From Octopus sinensis (taxonomy: Eukaryota), in assembly GCF_006345805.1 (NCBI RefSeq), contig NW_021829184.1, forward strand, positions 1-6,903: 6,903 nt of DNA, in the 5' to 3' direction. The stretch's first letter is position 1. Each line of letters begins with the position of its first letter. The notes beneath the pieces are model-generated. The model was not told the origin of the DNA. It saw only the letters and a list, made by a program, of their open reading frames with translations, and made no database searches. Below are positions 1 through 6,903 of this stretch, one piece after another. The position numbers and the translations under genes are program-made.

Positions 1-412
1 GTAACAATACACAATTACCAACATGGCTCGACTCAAAAAGAATAGTATAAATATATAGATAGAACACCTACAAAAAACATCTTTGCTTGGAATTGCAAGT
101 CTGCTGTCCGAAAGGTTCTTCAACCATGATCAGTAAACAAGTGTCACTTTGGTCTGCTGGCTGTGGGCAGCTGACATTTTCCATCATAACCAACAAAATA
201 AGCTGAGAGTTTTCATCAAATAAAAATAATTGGTCACGGTTGGAACGCATTTCACCATATATATATTTACTCGATGGTGTTCTTATCTGTCGTAAAGCCA
301 TGATAACAAATAGGTGGAACAAATGTAATGAGAGAATGGTGGAAACGAATTCGACTGAATTCTTATTGCGAAATTTTATTGATTTTTACCATTTACATAT
401 TCTGGAATATAT

Positions 413-779
413 ATATAGTGGTAGTATACTATCAACGCAACGTGACAGTCCCCTAAAGGGAATCACACCACCGCTATTTAGCCCTAGGAAGCATCGACGC
501 CTCCTGTCGGCTTTGACACATTTCATGTGTCCTTATATTTGCAAAGGGGAGCTAGCAGGACTTAATACCCCGGACTGATGACGGGCAAGACCCAGAAACA
601 TGTCTCCAGGTACTAATCCTAGCTGGCGGGGGTGATTGCCTCCCCTTTGCAAATATAAGGACACAGAAAATGTGTCAAACCCGACAGGAAGCGTCGATGT
701 TTCCTAGGGCTAAATGGCGGTGGTGTGATTCCCTTTACGGGACTGTCACGTTGTGTTTGACAGTATACAACCACTCTAT
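413..779. mobile_element. Fold-back element IR1: ~135 bp inverted arms around a 90 bp structured spacer containing a hammerhead ribozyme
   Basis: 418-550 is the reverse complement of 641-774 with 10 substitutions and 1 indel by manual alignment (~92%), with weaker pairing out to 413/779. The spacer 551-640 is itself an imperfect hairpin. Confidence 0.85.
566..612 (+). ncRNA. Type I minimal hammerhead ribozyme (Penelope-like class)
   Basis: Stem I taccccgga(566-574)/tccaggta(605-612); core CTGATGA 575-581; stem II ggg-caaga-ccc 583-593; GAAA 595-598; palindromic stem III ACATGT 598-603; GTC cleavage triplet, predicted cut after 604. Confidence 0.8.
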
Positions 780-1321
780 CGCTCCACCACCGCTCATGTC
801 TCTCTGAGACATTTAGAAATTCAATATTTCTAATTTTAGAATATATATATTTTTGAACAAAATGTTCGATATTACAGAAACGCCAGACTTTGTAATGTTT
901 AAAATTATCGAATTTCTTGACTTTGCCTAAGATAAGAATGAACATTATTCTGTCGATGCATTTAAAGTTCTATTCTATATAAAATCCAATTCTATGTTCC
1001 ACTGGTCATTTGTCTACAATCAATACCGGATTACCGATCAGTCTTTGAAGATAGGATCGATACGGATATATGTGCGCTATGTCAGGAAAGAAGCTTTAGG
1101 CATAATATTTTATTCTTTCAAACACCGCCGTGAGTTCTTTACATGAGCGTTGGACTCCATCGACTGGGTAACATACTTTGCTTCCAAATTCGATTCAATA
1201 TTTAATTCTCTCATACTTGAAATAGAATGAACGAAGTTATTTGTGCGTCTCTTCAGGATATAATGTCTTTAACGCATAAAGGGGAACGTTGTGTTTCTAA
1301 AGCACACTTCAAGCAGATGTT

Positions 1322-1352
1322 TATATGCATATATATATATACATATATTATC

Positions 1353-1383
<31 letters not shown>

Positions 1384-1460
1384 GTATATATATATATATA
1401 TATGTACGTACACACACAAATGCATGTGCCGTGTATGTATGTGGTATACATGTGAATGTC
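1322..1460. repeat. (TA)n microsatellite grading into mixed CA/TG repeat
   Basis: Visible dinucleotide array. Confidence 0.95.
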
Positions 1461-1649
1461 CATTGCAGTCTCAACAGCTCTTAGTGCTATATATATATAT
1501 GTATCGGCATATCTATGCCTATGTACCGATGTGTGGTATTGTGTGCATACCTAGATTAATCAGTACATATTTCTGTACTCCGTGAAACTTCCCCGTTCGG
1601 TGAAATCCATATATACTGACATACGTGTGTGTAAGTATGTCTACGCAGG

Positions 1650-1665
1650 TATAATACATATATAT

Positions 1666-1712
<47 letters not shown>

Positions 1713-1849
1713 TATATATATATATATGTATATATATATAAATATATATATTATATGTATATAGATATATAGAAATATACATATATATTATATTTATATA
1801 TATATATATACATATATATATAATTTATATTATATACATATATATACAT

Positions 1850-1888
<39 letters not shown>

Positions 1889-2360
1889 ATATATGTATAT
1901 ATATAATAAATATATATATATGTATATAGATATAACATATATACATATATTATATATTTATATATAATATATATGATACATAATATATATATATATATAT
2001 ATTATTATATAATACATATATATATATATATATAAAACACATATATATATATATTCATATTATATATATAACATATCTATATATATAGTATGTGTGTGTG
2101 TGTTTATGTATAAATATATATATATTATATATAGTTATGTGTGTAATGTACATATACATGCATATCTACATAAACACACACATGCACATTCACACGCACA
2201 GAAGCACACACATCTATCGATATATGAATCTATATATTTACGTGCATGTACTTATTTCTCTATGTATGTGTGTACGTATATACGTATTTATCTATGCTTG
2301 TATAAATTTATCTATGTATGTATATGTGTATGTATGTGTGAGCGTATGCATGTAGTACTT
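1650..2360. repeat. Long degenerate (TA)n array (about 1650-2090) followed by mixed TA/TG/CA low-complexity DNA
   Basis: Visible dinucleotide array; source of the spurious Y/I/M/C-rich ORFs. Confidence 0.95.
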
Positions 2361-2562
2361 ATATTCTAATACAGCGTGTTCGTAAATCCAAATGCACTTT
2401 TATAATCAACGTATATTTCTAATGCTCTTTGAACAATCGAAATTACGCACAGATAGCAATGTGGGTGAATTACAGCCAACCTTCCATGTTTGATAAAGAA
2501 GAATCGATTCTCAGTGTTTCATAAGTTCCCTCTTTTATGTCTCTGTTTTCTATAATGTGATA

Positions 2563-2965
2563 TCTTTATATATAAAAGTGAGGTTGTGTGGTGTCTATCT
2601 CCTACGATTTAGATTCCTAACTACTCCCATATTTTGCGGTGCAGTTTAACCAAAACCGGGTATCTTATAGTCGTGATTCATATCGAGCCCTTCTTGGTAT
2701 TAGCGCGCGTCTACGATGAGTCTACGATTTTTAAAATAATTTACCATAATTTTTTCCCATTTTTTAATGCATTTTTTTGCTATTATATAATGGAAGTAAC
2801 TCTCTAAAAATGTATTATTAAATCTCAGAAGGTAAATAGCTACAGTAACCCCCCCCCCCCTTTGTGGTTAGCCATATTGAGATGGCTATTATACTTTACA
2901 TCTCTAAAAATGCTTATATAGTTATTTCCCTTACAAATCGAAGCAACGCCGGGCGATACTGCTAG
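2563..2965 (+). mobile_element. Non-autonomous Helitron-like element (~403 bp)
   Basis: 5' end A|TCTTTATATATAAAAG at 2563; 3' end cgaagcaacgccgggcgatactgCTAG|T at 2965 with a GC-rich subterminal segment; inserted between A and T with no TSD, matching the Helitron rule. Confidence 0.72.
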
Positions 2966-3329
2966 TGTTTCATAAAAAAATTATTTCATAGTTAATGATT
3001 GCTTGACCTGCTAAATATAACAGCCATAATGTGCAACTCTATCTCAAATCAGTCTTATCATTCTTGACAATGGAGGGAAATATAATATACTAGGTCCGAA
3101 ATCTACATACATGCAGAGGGCTGCATAATAATGTCTGGCATATATACCTATGATCATTAAGGTTTTACTCGCTCAAGATTGTCACAGGATTGCACAGTAT
3201 TGTGCTTTTTTCTTTGCCCATCCTACTATAACCATCCACAAAGATATTTCTTTACATACACAGGCATTTCAGTTACACTGGTTCCAATACAAACGTTCAC
3301 CAGTAACAATATAAGGACAACATGACCTA

Positions 3330-3366
3330 CAACAACAACAACAACAGCAACTATTATTACTACTAC
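3330..3366. repeat. Compound trinucleotide microsatellite (CAA)n-(TAT/TAC)n
   Basis: caacaacaacaacaacagcaactattattactactac. Confidence 0.9.
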
Positions 3367-3984
3367 ATCTTAGAATATTCTACCATCATCCATGCCCAAT
3401 GCCTGCACAAGTGGTCGTCCGTTTTGGTTCGTTTTTATAACCAGTATGACTTTCGGAGTCTACATTCGCTTTCGCTGAGTTAGTATACATTAATTGTTAA
3501 CCATTTACAGAACTATTAGAACGAGAGACATTTATATTATAAACTTTCTGTCACTGGTATTGACGAGTTTTACGCTTGACTAAAGAACATTCAATATATG
3601 CAATCAATATTCACATCGCATTAAAATCGATCCTCTCTCTAAACAGTAGGTGTTTCAGTCAGTAAGAAGTCACATTTGAACGACTTCTTGCTTAACGTTC
3701 CAAAATTCGCTTAGCCTTATCGTTTAATGTATCTTAAAACGAGCTTAAATTCATTATTATTATAAACGTTTATGCTTTTAAGTTGGAATATTATTTCTCC
3801 CGGAAACCGTTGCTAAGACACCCGGGTTAAAGAGTTAATAACCAGAAACATTAATATGCTACGCATAGTTTCGCTAAATTTCCGGTGTGTAGTATTTGCA
3901 ATAATTACAAATAGTTATTCGTTAGGCAGGATACACTGAGGTAATTAGACAAATATATTCATTTATATTGAATTGTATACGCTA

Positions 3985-4149
3985 GTATATGATGTATATG
4001 TATGATGTATATGTATATATATATATATACATATATATACATACATACATATATGTATATATTATCTATATATATATATATAATATATATACATATATAC
4101 ATACATACATATATGTATATATATATTAGATATTATATATAATACATAT

Positions 4150-4181
<32 letters not shown>

Positions 4182-4231
4182 CATATATACATACATATAT
4201 TATATATATATATACATATATACATACATCC

Positions 4232-4262
<31 letters not shown>

Positions 4263-4458
4263 TACATACATATATATATATATATATATACATATATACA
4301 TACATACATCTATATATATATATATATATACATATATACAACATACATATATATATAATATATATATTATATTATATACAATATCTACATACATATATAT
4401 ATTATATATATATATATCTATATACATATATACATACATATATATCTATATATATATA

Positions 4459-4502
<44 letters not shown>

Positions 4503-4535
4503 TACTCTACATGCATACATATATATAATATATAT
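3985..4535. repeat. Long degenerate (TA)n/(TACA)n array
   Basis: Visible array with an internal higher-order duplication (about 4021-4063 vs 4085-4125). Confidence 0.95.
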
Positions 4536-4664
4536 AGAAATAGCGGCCAAAAATTTGGCTATTTCTTCAACTGCAAATAAAAGTTCTCAGACAATGCATA
4601 CTCAGAAAAATAACTCACAAGGTAAAAGGGAAAAAACAATGAAAGATCACATCCATATACGATA

Positions 4665-4729
4665 CCCGATGACAGTCTGTTTCTGGATTTGTGGGTAAAA
4701 ACGCGCCACTTTTCCTTCATCAGCTCAGA
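4665..4729 (-). ncRNA. Type I hammerhead ribozyme, left arm of IR2
   Basis: Minus strand: tctgag CTGATGA a-gga-aaa-gtgg...ccac-aaa-tcc-a GAAA cag-a-ctgT C atcggg. Core intact, stem III ACAG-A-CTGT, GUC site; the first stem I pair is a G.A mismatch. Confidence 0.72.
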
Positions 4730-5168
4730 GATTTCCTTCGATTAGATTTGAAAATACTAAGAATCAAACATACCCGTCCGATATCTGTAACATCGGACAA
4801 ACCATGTCAGACACCCAGTACTAGCGAATCCAAAAATACGAATGAGAGATCTATTATTCTCCCTGTCCACCCACGTGAGTCATAAAGCATTACATTTCTA
4901 CAGAGGTAAAAACTGCAGTTAAAATTCTTGGAGAGAAAGCATTATATTGTTATTGTTATCAAAAAAGGGGGGTCGAATTAATTAATTGTTAATAAATTCG
5001 ACCAAGCAGTATTCGGTATGTAAAGACCATTTACGGTATATTTGAAGTATTAATTTATAAAAAATAATAGATCTCATTCGTATTTTTGGATTCGCTAGTA
5101 CTGGGTGTCTGACATGGTTTGTCCGATGTTTGATTCTTAGTATTTTCAAATCTAAATCAGAAGAAATC

Positions 5169-5230
5169 TCTGAGCTGATGAAGGAAAAGTGGCGTTTTAC
5201 CCACAATCCAGAAGACAGACTGTCCTCGGG
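5169..5230 (+). ncRNA. Type I hammerhead ribozyme, right arm of IR2 (core carries a 1 nt insertion)
   Basis: tctgag(5169-5174) CTGATGA(5175-5181) stem II gga/tcc plus gtgg/ccac, GAA-G-ACAGACTGT-C(5224), ctcggg(5225-5230). Stem I intact; extra G at 5214. Confidence 0.65.
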
Positions 5231-5409
5231 TATCGTATATGGATGTGATCTTTCATTGTTTTTTCCTCCCTTATACCTATTGAGTATTTTTCTGAGTATG
5301 CATTGTCTGGAGACTTTATTTGCAGTTGAAGAAATAGCCAAATTTTTGGCTGCTATTTCTGAAAAGTTCGGTGTGTGGTAAAGTAAATTCTTTACTTTAC
5401 CATATTTTA

Positions 5410-5436
5410 TAAATTATATATATAATATATATATAC

Positions 5437-5468
<32 letters not shown>

Positions 5469-5508
5469 GTGCATATGTAAATATATACAAATATATACAT
5501 AATATATA
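5410..5508. repeat. (TA)n microsatellite
   Basis: Visible array. Confidence 0.92.
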
Positions 5509-5704
5509 AGGATAAGATCGTTAATTTAAATATCGATCTTATCAAGTGGCCATCATGGGTATAAAAACCTTCAAAGGTAATAATTATTATTGAAATTATA
5601 ATTTAGGGCATCTAAGAGATACCGCCACGCTGGAAATAGTAGCCAAAATCTGAGCTCGCTATTATTTCAGTAGAGGAATATATGTGCCAATTATTCGGTT
5701 GCTA

Positions 5705-5767
5705 TAATAAAACTACGAGTTTGGGATATCGGGGAGGAAATCTGCTTCGGCATCTCGTCAGTTATTA
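5705..5767 (-). ncRNA. Degenerate type I hammerhead, left arm of IR3
   Basis: Minus strand: taataa CTGACGA gatgccga...ccgatatc c CAAA ctcgtagT T ttatta. Stem I 6 bp, stem III ACT-cgt-AGT; GAAA is mutated to CAAA. Confidence 0.55.
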
Positions 5768-5775
5768 AGACAAAC

Positions 5776-5836
5776 AATAATGCGTGAGATGCCGGAGCAG
5801 ATTTCTGCCCCGACATCCGAAAGACGGAGTTTTATT
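5776..5836 (+). ncRNA. Degenerate type I hammerhead, right arm of IR3
   Basis: aataa tgcgtga gatgccgg-a-gcag-attt-ctgc-c-ccgacatc c GAAA(5819-5822) gacggagT T ttatt. GAAA and stem II intact; CTGANGA is degenerate. Confidence 0.5.
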
Positions 5837-5858
5837 ATGCCAACCGAATAATTGTCAA

Positions 5859-5889
5859 ATATTATATTAAATATATATATCATATATAT

Positions 5890-5950
<61 letters not shown>

Positions 5951-5981
5951 ATATATATATTATATATATATATATATGTAT
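5859..5981. repeat. (TA)n microsatellite
   Basis: Near-perfect TA array. Confidence 0.95.
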
Positions 5982-6186
5982 GAGAACCCCTTCGGTCATG
6001 ACTAGAAAGTTATCCCCCACCAGGCACAAGTGCGGGGAAGGTTGTTTATGGAAGGCCATCAGTCACGCATGGATACAGGCCTCCCCTCTCCACGCCACCA
6101 GTGTTATCCAAGGCAAAGCCAAAGGGGCCCATATAGCTTGGCACCTGTGACGGCGCAACTCATTTCTACAGTTAAGTGAACTGAGC
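5982..6186 (-). mobile_element. 3' half of an octopus-type SINE
   Basis: GC-rich island between TA arrays, recalled as the body and tail of a common octopus SINE (not database-verified). 6162-6186 is an inverted copy of 6329-6354. Confidence 0.65.
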
Positions 6187-6354
6187 GCATGGCTCAGCTG
6201 AGGACATGGCTCAGCTGAGGGCATGGCTCAGTGATTAGAGCGTCGAGATAACGATCGTGATACTCTGAGTTTGAATCTCGGACCGGGCAGCGTGTTGTGT
6301 TCTTGAGCAAGACACTTTATTTGACGTTGCTCCGGTTCACTCAGCTGTAGAAAT
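6185..6354 (+). mobile_element. 5' half (tRNA-derived head) of a SINE
   Basis: Pol III A-box-like tggctcagtga at 6224-6234 and B-box-like gagtttgaatctc at 6267-6279, followed by a ttcttgagcaagacactt body motif; ends abruptly at gtagaaat before a TA array. Confidence 0.78.
6188..6231 (+). repeat. 17 bp tandem repeat (2.6 units) of the SINE 5' end
   Basis: catggctcag at 6188, 6205 and 6222; units catggctcagctgagg(a/g). Confidence 0.9.
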
Positions 6355-6396
6355 ACATATATATATACACTTGTATATATATATATATATAGATAG

Positions 6397-6464
<68 letters not shown>
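6397..6464 (+). repeat. Perfect (TAGA)17 microsatellite
   Basis: 68 bp uninterrupted TAGA array. Confidence 0.97.
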
Positions 6465-6466
<2 letters not shown>

Positions 6467-6680
6467 TAGATGTATGATACATATGTATATATATATGTAT
6501 ACATTTGTATATGGATATGTATATATTTATATATTTGTGTGCTATGTGTATCAGCAGTTATGTATCTATATGCTTGCTTGTGCACGTGCGCACTGCACAC
6601 CTGCGTGTATGAATACACGCATCGGAGGCTCATATGACAAATACACATGTAGCATGCCATGCACATTCACACGCACATGT
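6465..6680. repeat. Alternating purine-pyrimidine low-complexity tract (TA/TG/CA)
   Basis: Visible composition. Confidence 0.8.
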
Positions 6681-6903
6681 AGAGCTAAAAATAGAAACAC
6701 TTTTTTTTTCTTATTGTTTTCTTCCCTGTTTACACTAATCATCCTCGAAAAATAAAATAAAATAAGGGGAAAATAAAGGGGGAAAATACACGAATAAACC
6801 AAGATGCATAAATACAAACAATAAAATTAAAATGGTGAAATTTTTCTTGCGTAAGAACAGAAATATAGAGAGAGAAAGAATGACGACATTTTGGCTAGAA
6901 AAA

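Larger units (their letters stand above)
4536..5360. mobile_element. Fold-back element IR2: ~300-320 bp inverted arms, 204 bp spacer, a hammerhead in each arm, terminal hairpins
   Basis: 4536-4858 is the reverse complement of 5063-5360 apart from a 22 bp indel, several small indels and a few substitutions. Each outer end is a 31 nt hairpin (agaaatagcggccaaaaatttggctatttct). Confidence 0.88.
5685..5857. mobile_element. Fold-back element IR3: ~82 bp inverted arms, 9 nt loop, each arm a degenerate hammerhead
   Basis: 5685-5766 pairs with 5776-5857; loop aagacaaac 5767-5775. Confidence 0.85.

Noticed and set aside
68-322. 84 aa minus-strand ORF; possible terminal exon 68-202 after a ctctcag acceptor (LILLVMMENVSCPQPADQSDTC...CFL*)
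   Set aside because: No recognisable domain, weak polypyrimidine tract and no partner exons found. BLASTX or RNA-seq would be needed.
325-362. gtaatga...gaaac-gaattcg resembling a further hammerhead remnant
   Set aside because: Core box has two mismatches, with no stem II pairing, no NUH and no stem I.
240-945. ORFs 240..578 (+) and 619..945 (-) sharing the peptide TQRDSP..GITPP..SPRKHRR..LTHF.CPYICKGE
   Set aside because: The similarity is simply the two arms of IR1 read in mirror; no protein family is recognised.
3264-3302. Possible 39 bp micro-exon (tacacag|GCATTT...CCA|gtaaca)
   Set aside because: Weak donor and no supporting context.
3661-3692. 11 bp hairpin agtaagaagtc/gacttcttgct; also 12 bp palindrome 2500-2511 and hairpin 6602-6621
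   Set aside because: Isolated and plausible by chance in AT-rich or alternating RY sequence.
4691-5381. ORFs 4691..4885, 4982..5341 and 5130..5381 (shared LDLKILRIKH)
   Set aside because: Products of the IR2 symmetry; no RT, GIY-YIG or transposase motifs.
6188-6231. CRISPR-like repeats
   Set aside because: Contiguous 17 bp tandem units with no unique spacers, in eukaryotic context with no cas genes.
6222-6290. tRNA gene
   Set aside because: A/B boxes are present but there is no complete cloverleaf, and the sequence continues into a SINE body.
1269-6817. Y/I/M/C/H-rich ORFs (1269-2369, 4126-4439, 6228-6817)
   Set aside because: Translations of TA/TG/TAGA microsatellites and SINE sequence.

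Overview
AT-rich, apparently non-coding animal DNA. The repeat families and long (TA)n arrays resemble octopus/coleoid cephalopod DNA (inferred from recall, not searched). No credible protein-coding gene: the ORF track is explained by microsatellites and inverted repeats. The window is a mosaic of TA/TAGA microsatellites, a ~400 bp non-autonomous Helitron-like element (2563-2965), a tRNA-derived SINE with an inverted 5' half (5982-6354) and three mutually dissimilar fold-back elements (IR1 413-779, IR2 4536-5360, IR3 5685-5857). Main observation: all three fold-back elements contain type I hammerhead ribozyme motifs with palindromic stem III, the minimal dimerising type known from Penelope-like retroelements. 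IR1 has one at its apex; IR2 and IR3 each have two outward-facing copies carrying different lesions, and both share a terminal hairpin motif. This suggests a class of small non-autonomous ribozyme-bearing palindromic retroelements.
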